Of a stretch of 64,000 nucleotides of DNA, positions 13,456-27,674 are shown piece after piece. The stretch is taken from the NCBI RefSeq assembly GCF_009914755.1, contig NC_060931.1; one strand, written 5' to 3'. The DNA is from the human T2T-CHM13v2.0 reference genome, Homo sapiens. How positions within the stretch are numbered: position 1 is the stretch's first letter; the number at the start of each line of letters is the position of its first letter. The notes under the pieces are model-generated. The model did not search any database and had not been told where the DNA came from. It saw nothing but the letters and a program-made list of their open reading frames with translations. The translations under genes were made by a program, and so were the position numbers.

Positions 13456-14789
13456 CAACTGCGTTCTCTTGGTGCTCTCCAGCTGGGAAGGCTCAAAGGA
13501 TGGGAAGTGTGTACAGCACGTACCTGTGACTGCTACCAGAGATTTGCCCCTCCTCAGGGTCAGTGAGGGATGTGCTTTCTGCTTCCTCCCCAGACTGCAA
13601 ACCCCTGGAAATTAGCTGCGTGAGAGTCTTGCATATTTGCCGTAGGGATGCGGCAGGAGGTAACGGAGATGATAGTCAAGGGAAGGTTCATTAGAGCAAA
13701 TTGATCCTCAGTCTCCTCCAGCTTTCCACAGTCATCCATCCAGAAATTATCAACAAGCGCTTGTTTTTATTTTGTAGTAGGTACCAAACCAAGAGTTATT
13801 TCCGTAGTTAAATAAGCGTTAAAAGTCTTCTCAGCACCCTCTCACATTGTGGGAAAACTGCACAGACCACCTCTGCCTGACTCATGATGAGGCCGGGCAC
13901 CTGGCACAGTGGCAGATGGTGGGCACTGATTAAATATTTGTTGGATGTATGAGCAAGTCCTGTGGGGGGAGCTGGAACTGTATGTCTGCAAGAAGTGGGT
14001 GCAGTTTTCCCTCTTCCAGATACAGGGCCACTTCTGAACAATACTTGGGTGTCTTCACAGAGGATTTCTGGAGACACTGTTCCTGTCACCCCCTGGCATG
14101 CCAGCCCACTTTGCATCTAATCTGATAATGGGAGCCAGGCACTGTTGGAGGGGAAAATTGATCCTCCCAGGGGCCCTATCAATATTCGCTGTCCAGTGGG
14201 CCCCTTCCTGTCCAGCCCTTTCTCCGGCTAGCTTGTCAAAAGCTGAGACCGTCTCCACTGGGCTAGGCCATTGGGCCATTTGGCTGGTTGCTGGGCCATC
14301 CTCCAAGACATTTTGAAGGGTGAAGTCTCAAATACCAAGGCCTTAAGCTTCCAGCTGGCATAAAGGCTCAGGAATCCCTTCGCAACTCCTTTGCCACTCA
14401 TTTTCTTTCTGCAGAGTGAAGGCACAGTCATACTTAGTTTCCTCTGGCGATGCTAAAGAGGAAGTTACAGCAGGTGGTTAACTCCTGACTGGGAGAAGAG
14501 ACATTTCCTCTAATGGAGGCTGGGGAGAGAGAAAGAAGGTTAGGGCCTTGTTTAATGAAGAACCTTTCTGCTATGAAAGACGGATTACAGACAAGGAGAA
14601 GATACTTTGTGAGTCTATGAAGGAATTCTGCTTCGCAGGCTCTTGCAGGAACGTAGGGATCAAGTGGAATTTTAGGAATGGAGAAGCATTAGATGTCCAA
14701 ACTCACTCGTTAACCCTGGGGGATCCCACGCTTACCCTGTGCCCAGGCCAGCACACATGCAACTTTAGTGGTTAACACTGAGGACAGAG

Positions 14790-15000
14790 GAGCACTGCTT
14801 GGGTTCAAATCAGCCACTATCCCGCTGAGTGGCCTTGAGTAAGTTCCTGAACATTTCAGAGTCTCGGTTGTTACATTTGTAAAATAAGGACCAGAAGAGT
14901 ATTGCATAGGGTTGTTGAGTGGATTAAATGAGATATGTATGTGAGGAGTTTATCACCATGCCTGACACAAAGTAAAGCCTCCCAAAATGTTAACTAATAA
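14790..15000 (+). mobile_element. MIR (other MIR fragments near 20970-21100, 31950-32030, 38450-38600, 52290-52430, 54750-54900, 56830-57000, 59810-59930)
   Basis: GGGTTCAAATC...CCTTGAGTAAGT...TGTAAAATA...GGATTAAATGAG MIR core. Confidence 0.7.
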
Positions 15001-15197
15001 ATTACTAAGTATTTAGGTAAAAACTGGAGCATCTTCTTATTGTACTGTTGGTAGAAAAATTCATTCTTCCGTAACTACTAAACTTGGCCTATATTCCACA
15101 ATATGCTATAACCATATTTTCAGAACCCCCAAACTATATGATATGACAAAGACTTTTTTCATATTTGTGAATTTTATTTTATAAAGTATAAAAGTTG

Positions 15198-16694
<1,497 letters not shown>

Positions 16695-16931
16695 GTTTGG
16701 AAGAATAAATGAAGTGATTCTAGCCAAGAAGTTATGAAGAATAAAAAAACCCAGAATCTTTGTGTAGGGGAAGTACTTAAACTATCAGCTACCAAAACTT
16801 ATTTTCTGTGATAAAACTGCAGACATTCAATGTAGTTTTAGGTTGCGGGTAGCCTCTCTAAACATAACTCTAAAGGCAGAAACCATAAAGGAAGACTGCT
16901 AAGTTTTGGCACATTAAAACAAAACTTTCTC

Positions 16932-17218
16932 GCCGGGCACGGTGGCTCATGCCTGTAATCCCAGCACTTTGGGAGGCCAAGGCGGGCAGATCACGAGGTC
17001 AGGGGATCGAGACCATCCTGGCTAACACAGTGAAACCCCGTCTCTACTAAAAATACAAAAAAATAGCTGGGCGTGGTGGCGGGCGCTTGTAGTTCCAGCT
17101 GCTCGGGAGGCTGAGGCAGGAGAATGGCGAGAACCTATGAGACGGAGCTTGCAGTGAACCGAGATCACACCTCCCTCTACACTCCAGCCTGGGAGACAAG
17201 CCAGACTCCATCTCAAAA

Positions 17219-17258
<40 letters not shown>

Positions 17259-17270
17259 AAAATAAAAATA
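16932..17270 (+). mobile_element. AluY with (AAAT)n tail
   Basis: GATCGAGACCATCCTGGCTAAC; TSD TAAAACAAAACTTTCT. Confidence 0.9.
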
Positions 17271-17285
17271 AAACAAAACTTTCTT

Positions 17286-17314
17286 ATGCTCGCTTCAGCA
17301 GCACATAGACTAAA
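17286..17314 (+). pseudogene. 3'-truncated U6 snRNA retrocopy (first ~29 nt)
   Basis: ATGCTCGCTTCAGCAGCACATAGACTAAA versus U6 GTGCTCGCTTCGGCAGCACATATACTAAA; flanked by direct repeat CAAAACTTTCT. Confidence 0.8.
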
Positions 17315-17348
17315 GCAAAACTTTCTCACATCAACAACTGAAAAGGTA

Positions 17349-17645
17349 GGCCGGATGCAGTGGTTCACATCTGTAATCCCAACACTTTGGGAGGCTGGGG
17401 TGGGAGGATCGTTTGAGACCAGCCTGGGCAACACAGTGAGACCCCATCTCTACAGAAGAAAAACATTAAAATAAAATAATTAGCTGGATGTGGTGATGTG
17501 ATCCTGTAGTCCCAGCTACTCAGAGGCCGAGGTGGGAGGATTGCTTGAGCTCAGGAAGTCCTGGCTTCAGTGAGCCATGATAGTGCTACTGCACTCCAGC
17601 TCTGGTGACAGAGTGAAACCCTGTCTCAAAAAAAAAAAAAAAAAA
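17349..17645 (+). mobile_element. AluJ-like
   Basis: Dimeric diverged Alu. Confidence 0.85.
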
Positions 17646-18399
17646 GTTAACAAGTACGAGGAAACACGTCTGCAACAAACATGACAAGTCTTTAATACCT
17701 GTACTTTATGAGTGCCCCCCAAACAATAAACCAACTCCCCAACTTTTAAAATGGGCAAATAGAAAAGTGGGCAAATGGACATAAACAAATTCACAAGAGA
17801 AAATAAAACTGGCAAAAAATAACCATGTGAAAAAACAATCCAGCTAACTAGTACTCTAAGAAATGCAAGTACAAAAGATGAGAAATAACCATTTCAAACT
17901 AAATTTTTTTTTTAAAAAAGTCTGTGTTGTCAAGTATATGGAAAATGGGCATTTCTCAGGGAAAACTAATACGTTTTCCTGGAAGATAATTTAGAAAACA
18001 TTTAAAAAATATATTCCTTTTATACAGCCATAAATAATCATGTTTAAAAGAATATCTAATAAAATGGAAGAAAATTCACAAGATCGTGTTAAGTGAAGAA
18101 GGCAGAATACATCTTTGCAAGGCATTATTCCAATTATGCCAGACATGCCATGGATATACGTAGAGAAAACACCGGAGGCAACATACCAAAATATTAAATG
18201 TAATTGACTCTACGAGGTAAAACTGAGTTTTATGTTCCCCTATTTCCTATTTATGCAATAGATTTAAAAAGTTTTTTTACGACTAATTATACAATTCAAA
18301 AATTGCCTGTGTTGAAAAGCATGAAAGTACATGAAATTGTACTACCCTGGAAACCCCAGGAAGTGTTTAGTTTGGAAAGCCAGGGCCACCTGCTAGTGG

Positions 18400-19700
18400 G
18401 TGAGTCATGGGCACAGGCTCGCACCTGCCACCGCAGACGCCACACAGGCTGCTGAGCCTTTCCAAGCGAAATGCCCCACGTGCGCCAACGGCCACCTCGG
18501 CCGTCGCCCCACGCTTGGCCCGCAGCCAGAGGAAGCCCAGCAACTTCTGCTCTTTCTTAATTTCTAGAAAAGAGTGAAGAGAGGCCTTTTCAAAGTTCGC
18601 AGGATCGGGCCTTTTTGTGCTCCACTTTGGAACAAATCGGAAGCTAGGGCCTTCCAGGTGCGCCACCGCCGTCCCGGGACCGCCGCGGCCGCAAGCGTCC
18701 GCACTGCGGCCGGGGTGCGCGGCCTGAGAAAGGCCCGGGCAACGACGCTCCGGGGGCTTGCCGGAGCCCTCTTTGAAGTCTCCCGACGGGCTCCCAGCCT
18801 CTCATAAGCCAGCTAAGGCCGAACACCCCGGTGACCATAGGCCAGCCACGCGGTCGCCCGGGGACGCGCGTGCTCCGCAGGGACAAAGGGTCGGGAAACT
18901 TGAGCTCCGGCCAGTCCCAGAGAAACCCGGGCTGGTGGTCGCCATGGCAACGGAGTCCGACCCTCCGAGGCCTGCCGCCCTGGCGCGGCAGTGGCTTGAG
19001 TGACCCGGCCCGCTCTTGGCGGGGGCGCCCGCGCCCCGGCCCCGGCAGTCCCTCCCCGCCCCCAGGCCGCGGCCGCGGGAGCCGGCGACTGACCCTCGGC
19101 AGCTCCTGTAGTCACGTGGCGCTGGGAACCCGGCGGGGGGAGGTTGGGGACGGGCCTGGCAGTTGTGAACTCGAACCTGCCGCTGTCGCCGCGGCGGGGC
19201 GGGGAGCGAGAGTGGGCCGCGGAGGCCGGCCTTCGGGCTCCATGGACGGGCGCCGCGCCCCTGCACAGCCCGCCGCAGAGGTACGGCCGGGGCAGGGGCG
19301 CGGGGCCACCGCGGGCCCGCGGGGGGCCGCTCCACCTGCGGGGCGCGTGACCGTGAGTGTGCGCGACCGTGTGTGAGTGCGCGGGGGGGGACGCTGCTGG
19401 ATCTGCGGGGGTGGGGGAGCGCACCTGCGCACAGGCTCCGCGAGCTGCGCCGTGCGTGGGACCCGAAATGGCTCACTCGCAAGAACGGGACCCGTGTGCC
19501 CGGGAGCGTGGACGGAGGACACGCATCAGTACAAAAGGGCGGTGTGGGGCTTCTGCCACCCGCGGCCAGCCGCGATGCGGAAGGGGATTCTGACGGAGTC
19601 GTGGTCACACCAGCTGGCCCTGCGCAGCCCCATGGGAAATAGGCCTGGAATTCCTGTCGGGAGGAGGCTGGGGGAAGGGGAGCCAGCAGGGATTCCAGAG
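18400..19700. promoter_or_regulatory. CpG-island promoter of REPIN1 with an RFX X-box (18938-18951) and a USF/CLEAR-type E-box (19111-19120)
   Basis: Very high GC and CpG; GTCGCCATGGCAAC is one mismatch from GTTGCCATGGCAAC; GTCACGTGGC; GC boxes. Confidence 0.85.
19130..19280 (+). other. REPIN1: REPIN1 exon 1 (5' UTR; TSS approximate)
   Basis: Inside CpG island; donor GAG|gtacgg at 19280/19281. Confidence 0.75.
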
Positions 19701-20050
19701 TTCCTGCCATAGGCCGGCCTTTGGCCATCAGGGAAAGCCCAGACTCTGGCCACAGAATGGAGAATTCGTTCCGTGACCTTACCAGGGAAGAAAGTGACCC
19801 CGAAAGACAGCAGTGTGCTTCCTTGTTGAAGGGGCACATTCATTTATTAATCCAATGTCCATTAAGGTCACTCTGCCAGGCAGGATGTGGGGCTTATGGC
19901 TGGTGCGTGTGGCTTTGTGGGGGGAGGGGTTGTGGCTGGTGAGGACACAAAGCTGACTGCCCTAGAGGAGCTCAGAGCCTCACTTCTGTTTTCTCTTCCC
20001 TCCCCACAGGTAAGGCTGGCCTCTCTGCAGTCAGAGGTCTGAGCTCTGCC

Positions 20051-20207
20051 ATGGGGATAGGGGTGTCTTTATTACTGCAGTTTTCTCTAACACCTGGGGG
20101 CTACCGGAGTGTGGGCCGAAGCAGGCGCTGCAGCCGCGGAAGTATCCCCAGGAACATCCCCAAGAGGAGCTGGAAAAAGCCTCATCCCCAGCTCTGCAGT
20201 CTCCAGG
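20051..20207 (+). CDS. REPIN1: REPIN1 exon 2 coding part (N-terminal extension of the 624-aa isoform; exon 20010-20207)
   Basis: Polypyrimidine acceptor ttctcttccctccccacag ends 20009; gccATGG at 20051; 157 nt (52 codons+1) to donor AGG|gtagag. Splicing to 21567 reads ...[14 protein letters not shown] in frame (57+567=624 aa). Confidence 0.88.
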
Positions 20208-21130
20208 GTAGAGTCTGGCCTTTGCTGTGCTCCCAAACCACGCCACAACAGGGGTGCACGGGCGTCCCCATCCCGGCGGAAGGAAATGGCCCTTTCTCAT
20301 ATCCTGGGGTCTTCCCTGTGCACAGTCTGACACTGGGAATGAGTGACCTTTGTGTTCCCTGAGAAGAGAGAGTGCGCTCTAGGGAATTTAGAAGGATGTG
20401 TCTGGAGCTTGTGAGCAGGCACAGAAGGGCCCTTAGGAGCCTAACTGCTTCCTTCCTCCTTCCGCGGAGGAGGCTCCTGTGCAGGAATCTGGGCTCCCCT
20501 GAGCTGTGGAAGAGCTGAACATGGGGCAGCCCCTGGCGAGGTTGGGGCAGGACCGGGCAGGGGACTGAGATTGCAGTCTCATCTTCCCTCCCCTTCTATT
20601 GCCCCAGTAATCTCCAGCACCCCGAGGGAGGCAGAGCCGGTGATCAGGCCCCGAGGGCAGCAGGCTGTGGGTGTTCCTTGGATTCAGGGAGAGCATTCCT
20701 TCCTGCAATGTCCTAATTTGTGTGGGTGGAAGAGGGCAGGCGGGCAGAATGGGGGCACAGTCTGGGCAGGCGGTGGTCTGGCGTTAGACTGCCGGGAGTA
20801 GCACCCAGGGCTCTGCTCCTGTTCCCCGAGAAGGGCTGTTCTCACTTGTCCTCCAGCCTCCTACGGAGACTGCAGTTAGTGATGCTGAACGTGCCTCCCC
20901 TGTGGGGCTAGGAATGAAAAGCTATAGAAACCTTTTTCTCTGAGATCTTTGCAAACCCAGGCGTTTTAGAGGAAAGAACACTGGCCTGGGAGTTTAAAGA
21001 CCTGTTCCCTAGTCTTGATTCTGCTGTTGGCTTACTGTGTCACCTTGGGCAGGTCTCGTCATCTTTGATGTCTCACAGTTGCTTCATCTGTTAAACAGGG
21101 AGCTCAGTGTCTGTTTGTCCAGCTTCTCAG

Positions 21131-21223
21131 AGTTGCTGTGCAGCTCGGATGTGGCATAGGAAACAGCAGACACAGGGAGAGGGCAGCATAAGGCACTGTA
21201 GGGAGCAGTGGCCACATTTTCTG
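21131..21223 (+). other. REPIN1: Probable alternative REPIN1 5'-UTR cassette exon (5' boundary uncertain; several AGs at 21078-21130)
   Basis: Near-consensus donor CTG|gtgagt at 21223/21224; upstream acceptor candidates such as cttctcag at 21130. Confidence 0.55.
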
Positions 21224-21580
21224 GTGAGTCCTGTGGCAGGAATGTTTGTGCATTCAGCACTGGAGCATTTACTCCCTGTCTGACACTGGGGTAGCTGCCA
21301 TGAGGGGGATTCTAGTATCAGAGTCCCTCCCTTCTGGAAGTTTCCAGGGCAACAAAGACATAAGACAAACATCCTTGAAATGTTATCTAAAAACCCAAGA
21401 TTGAAATAATACATACCACACAAGGAAACAGGAGAGTAGTCTAGCTCCATGTCCGGGGCTCTAGGGGTTCATAGATGGCAGCTCCTGTCCGGGGCTGAGG
21501 TTGGGAGGGGAGAAACAGGGGCAGAGTGAGTTGGTCTCTGGAGTGACTGTGCTTTTCCACCCTCAGCAGAGGAAGAACCG

Positions 21581-23284
21581 ATGCTGGAACGTCGTTGCAG
21601 GGGCCCCCTGGCCATGGGCCCGGCCCAGCCCCGACTCCTTTCTGGGCCCTCCCAGGAGTCACCCCAGACCCTGGGGAAGGAGTCCCGCGGGCTGAGGCAA
21701 CAAGGCACGTCAGTGGCCCAGTCTGGTGCCCAAGCCCCAGGCAGGGCCCATCGCTGTGCCCACTGTCGAAGGCACTTCCCTGGCTGGGTGGCTCTGTGGC
21801 TTCACACCCGCCGGTGCCAGGCCCGGCTGCCCTTGCCCTGCCCTGAGTGTGGCCATCGCTTTCGCCATGTCCCCTTCTTAGCACTGCACCGCCAGGTCCA
21901 TGCTGCTGCCACCCCAGACCTGGGCTTTGCCTGCCACCTCTGTGGGCAGAGCTTCCGAGGCTGGGTGGCCCTGGTTCTGCATCTGCGGGCCCATTCAGCT
22001 GCAAAGCGGCCCATCGCTTGTCCCAAATGCGAGAGACGCTTCTGGCGACGAAAGCAGCTTCGAGCTCATCTGCGGCGGTGCCACCCTCCCGCCCCGGAGG
22101 CCCGGCCCTTCATATGCGGCAACTGTGGCCGGAGCTTTGCCCAGTGGGACCAGCTAGTTGCCCACAAGCGGGTGCACGTAGCCGAGGCCCTGGAGGAGGC
22201 CGCAGCCAAGGCTCTGGGGCCCCGGCCCAGGGGCCGCCCCGCGGTGACCGCCCCCCGGCCCGGTGGAGATGCCGTCGACCGCCCCTTCCAGTGTGCCTGT
22301 TGTGGCAAGCGCTTCCGGCACAAGCCCAACTTGATCGCTCACCGCCGCGTGCACACGGGCGAGCGGCCCCACCAGTGCCCCGAGTGCGGGAAGCGCTTTA
22401 CCAATAAGCCCTATCTGACTTCGCACCGGCGCATCCACACCGGCGAGAAGCCCTACCCGTGCAAAGAGTGCGGCCGCCGCTTCCGGCACAAACCCAACCT
22501 GCTGTCTCACAGCAAGATTCACAAGCGATCCGAGGGGTCGGCCCAGGCCGCCCCCGGCCCGGGGAGCCCCCAGCTGCCAGCCGGCCCCCAGGAGTCCGCG
22601 GCCGAGCCCACCCCGGCGGTACCTCTGAAACCGGCCCAGGAGCCGCCGCCAGGGGCCCCGCCAGAGCACCCGCAGGACCCGATCGAAGCCCCCCCCTCCC
22701 TCTACAGCTGCGACGACTGCGGCAGGAGCTTCCGGCTGGAGCGCTTCCTGCGGGCCCACCAGCGGCAGCACACCGGGGAGCGGCCCTTCACCTGCGCCGA
22801 GTGCGGGAAGAACTTCGGCAAGAAGACGCACCTGGTGGCGCACTCGCGCGTGCACTCCGGCGAGCGGCCCTTCGCCTGCGAGGAGTGCGGCCGCCGCTTC
22901 TCCCAGGGCAGCCATCTGGCGGCGCATCGGCGCGACCACGCCCCCGATCGGCCCTTCGTGTGTCCCGACTGCGGCAAGGCCTTCCGCCACAAACCCTACC
23001 TGGCGGCGCACCGGCGCATCCACACCGGCGAGAAGCCCTACGTCTGCCCCGACTGCGGCAAAGCCTTCAGCCAGAAGTCCAACCTGGTGTCGCACCGGCG
23101 CATCCACACGGGCGAGCGGCCCTACGCCTGTCCCGACTGCGACCGCAGCTTCAGCCAGAAGTCCAACCTCATCACCCACCGCAAGAGCCACATCCGGGAC
23201 GGCGCCTTCTGCTGTGCCATCTGTGGCCAGACCTTCGACGACGAGGAGAGACTCCTGGCCCACCAGAAGAAGCACGATGTCTGA
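21581..23284 (+). CDS. REPIN1: Replication initiator 1 (RIP60/AP4), 567-aa isoform, 15 C2H2/C2HC zinc fingers in three clusters; encoded entirely in the last exon
   Basis: 567-aa [16 protein letters not shown]...HQKKHDV with repeated C-x2-C-x12-H-x3-H and HTGE(K/R)P linkers; protein recognised. Acceptor ttttccaccctcag|cag|ag at 21566/21569; AATAAA at 24358. Confidence 0.97.
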   Translation: MLERRCRGPLAMGPAQPRLLSGPSQESPQTLGKESRGLRQQGTSVAQSGAQAPGRAHRCAHCRRHFPGWVALWLHTRRCQARLPLPCPECGHRFRHVPFLALHRQVHAAATPDLGFACHLCGQSFRGWVALVLHLRAHSAAKRPIACPKCERRFWRRKQLRAHLRRCHPPAPEARPFICGNCGRSFAQWDQLVAHKRVHVAEALEEAAAKALGPRPRGRPAVTAPRPGGDAVDRPFQCACCGKRFRHKPNLIAHRRVHTGERPHQCPECGKRFTNKPYLTSHRRIHTGEKPYPCKECGRRFRHKPNLLSHSKIHKRSEGSAQAAPGPGSPQLPAGPQESAAEPTPAVPLKPAQEPPPGAPPEHPQDPIEAPPSLYSCDDCGRSFRLERFLRAHQRQHTGERPFTCAECGKNFGKKTHLVAHSRVHSGERPFACEECGRRFSQGSHLAAHRRDHAPDRPFVCPDCGKAFRHKPYLAAHRRIHTGEKPYVCPDCGKAFSQKSNLVSHRRIHTGERPYACPDCDRSFSQKSNLITHRKSHIRDGAFCCAICGQTFDDEERLLAHQKKHDV

Positions 23285-24357
23285 GACGGTGGGCGGGGCC
23301 GTGTTGGCTGAGAGAGGGCTGGGGTCCTTCGTGGTGGGAGTCGCAGTGGGCTGGGGGTGCCTGCCTAGTGCTGGAGTAGGGGACAATGGGAATCCTAGAG
23401 GGGATGGAAGACGCGGGGAGTGAGCTGGGTGGGCCCTGCTAGCGAGAGAGGTCAACCCCGGTGGCCAGGGAACCCACTTCCAAGCGCAGGGACGCCGGCC
23501 TCCAGCTGGTGTGTGCTAAGGCTCCGTCCTGACTGCCCTGTGCCCTGGAAAAGCAGCAATAGCATCCGCCCCTTAGAGCCCTCTGGCTAGAGGAGCCACC
23601 AGTGGAAAGGAAGACCCTCCATCCTCTGGTATTAACGCCTTAATGCCCCTGTCTTTTACTGTAAGTTACTTAAGATCATTTTTGGAAGCAGGCGTGGTAG
23701 AGTCCTGTAAATGAATGCTCTGGGCTAGATACAGCTTGGAGAACCTGCTGGCCTTGTTAGACAGCACTTGGGCCTTTGCCAGCAGCAAGAGGTGAAGCGA
23801 AGCCACTCTTACCTCTCCCTTCCCCTCCCACCTGCCCCCTGCGTAGGCACCCAGACTTGGAGAGACCCGTCTGCTGTTAGTACTTCCATCCTCTTCCTTC
23901 CCAAAGAGCAGACCCCAAGGCATTTACTCCTTGGTCTGTCTCGCTTTATCTGTCGCCCCTCCCAGCGCTGAGAGCCTCCCCTGGCTGTCAGCAGCACTGT
24001 GTCCAGGCTCTTGTCTGAACACCGCAGCCCCTCCTTCGCTCCTTCCAGAGCTCAGCATGTCACAGCAAGGACTGCCGCATTGGTGATGGAGGGCCAGCTG
24101 AGGGGAAGTTGCTGGTGAGTTTCCTTTTCTCCATTTCTAGCATATGGACACCTGGCCTCTGCTTGAGCACTTAGGTGACAGGAACTTCCGCACCTCCTGA
24201 GGCCCTGGATGATTCTAATTGTTAGAAATTCTAATTGTTAGAAATCCTTCCTTATAATGAATGAATTCTGCTTTCCTATAATTTCTACCTATTGGGCCTT
24301 GTTCTGTTCTCTGGAACTAAACAGAACAACCATTTACCCCTCCTTTTCAAACTAGAG

Positions 24358-24363
24358 AATAAA
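24358..24363 (+). terminator. REPIN1: REPIN1 polyadenylation signal
   Basis: AATAAA ~1.07 kb after the stop, followed by T/GT-rich sequence. Confidence 0.8.
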
Positions 24364-24908
24364 GATTTGGTTTTAGAACTGGTGGCTGGGGAGTGTTACT
24401 TTTTCCGGGGGAGCTGCGACATGTCAGGAGGAGCAGCATGCTCTCCTCCCTAGAAGGACGGGGGGCTGTGGGTGGGGCTCTGGCCACAGGCCACATGCCC
24501 AGCTTGCTGAGCTCTGGCCCCCTGCCTCAGTTCTTCCCTGAGCATACCCAGGCAGTTGGGCTAATTCTCTGGGTGGTGGGCCGAAGCTCCAGAGAACTGT
24601 GGTGGGTGGAATGCTCTCAGCTTGGTCCCAAGATTTATGTTCTTGGTCACTTGCCCTCCTAGATGGGCCCAGCAACACCTAATCTTTCTCACCACCTGGG
24701 CCTTTATGAAACTACAGCAAGCACTATGAGCTCTTTTGAGGGGTGCTGGGTGTTAAACGGACTTTGGTTATACTTGGACTGTGCCTCCAGTAGTCCTTCA
24801 GAGGTTGGACAGATGAAGGAGCCTCTGGGAGGGGAGGCTGTTCCCTGCAGCTAAAACAGCACTCAGCTTCCACACTCCACACACCAGGGTTTCAGCCTTC
24901 TTTGAGGT

Positions 24909-26140
<1,232 letters not shown>

Positions 26141-27674
26141 AGGTCAGGTCAGACTTTTCAGGTGCTAGTTGCTAGGCAGGAAAGGGGGCTGATTTGATTC
26201 TGTCCTACAGTGTCCCTGGCCGGCCTGCTGTAGGACTCCAGATTTCTGTGAGCAGTCACTCTGTATGCGTCCCTGAATTGGTGGTTTCATACAAATTTGA
26301 GTACCTCTTTTTACCAGGCATTAATAGTTCTTTTCTTGCCTGTGTTAGCAATTTCTGCATATATCTCCAGCATTTAGCACAGAGCACATAAGAATAACCA
26401 CAATTTGTTGACGTGAGTGGCACCTGGTGAAGTTTACCTAAATTATCTCATGTGTCCTTGTGTGGGAGGTAGTCTTCTTTTATACATGAAAACATTTGCC
26501 CACAGTCATATAACTGGTAATCACCAGAGGCAGATTCAAATTCAAGTCTGTCTGACTCCTGAAACCTGTGCTCTTGACAACCGCTGTGTGCTTAGTGGAT
26601 GAACGCTGCGTGCTGCTGTTTTTGGTTAAGTATTAAATGCCAACTGTGTGGGTGGGGCTTAAAGTGTGTAGGATGGAAAGAACAGCTTCAAAGCTTCATA
26701 TTGGTTTATGGGGTTATGGAGCCACTTAAAAACCTGTGTAGTTGATGGCAAATTATCTGTCAAAGCCTGGGAGCAGAGGGCGTGGTCTCAAGAAAGCCCC
26801 AGTCACATTTTTTCTCTTTGTGGGAACACAGGGTTTCCAGGGAAGGGGAGATGGCCAGGAAAGAGTAGGTCGATGTCTGGAAATGATGGGCAGGGAGCAG
26901 GGGCGGGTCCTTGGGTTGGCACCTAGGTTAGTATTGGAGCCGTTAGGGACAAGGATGAGGGTGAGAGGGGATCTGACCAGGGGTCCTAACCTTTTGAAAA
27001 GTCCCGTTTAAAGGAAATAGTCTGGGATATGGGGAAAGCGGGGTGTGGGTGTCGTCAGTGCTTCACTGCCCACTGCTTGTTATGGGGATGGGAAAGAGAG
27101 GTCCAAAGGACGGAAAGGTCACACAAGTGGCCTTGAGGGGGCTGGTAAAGCAGGAACAGAGTCAAATTGTGCCTGGTTCCTTCCTGAGTCCCTTGGTGGG
27201 TGGCCCAGTGGTTCTCAAGCCCTTGCTCTGCCTGGTTCATCACCACAGCAGTCACTGGGGAGGACTGCCTGGGTTGTAGGGGTCTGCTGGCAGGAGCTGC
27301 CCATCTCTTCTGAAGAATCCACAGTTTTTCTTTGTTTTCTTCTACAATTACAAAAGCATTAAATTATCTTTAAAAATAAATAATTCAGATAATAATGTGA
27401 ACGTTCTCCTTCATTCCCCTATTCCACTCTCAAAATCCTTTTTGTTTACACTGAGAAAAGTTTGAGGAGTATTCTCCTAACACTTTTTTCCTGTGTATTT
27501 GCAAACACATATGCAGCCTCTCCCCCTGGTATTTTTTTTCTTAGTGGAAATAGGATCCCAGAGGTTCTCCATTCTTTCCACCTCTGAAATACCCTTGGTC
27601 ATGGGATGCCAATCTGGAGGAAGTCTGCTCTGTAAGAAGGAAACAGGCCCAGAGAGTGGAAGTGACCCCCACCG

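Noticed and set aside
18802-19839. 345-aa antisense ORF and other ORFs in CpG islands (also 29.3-30.3 kb and 55.4-56.1 kb)
   Set aside because: Stop-poor CpG-island sequence with no recognisable protein features.
22154-23455. 433-aa antisense ORF over REPIN1
   Set aside because: Mirror frame of a GC3-rich zinc-finger CDS; stop depletion is expected.
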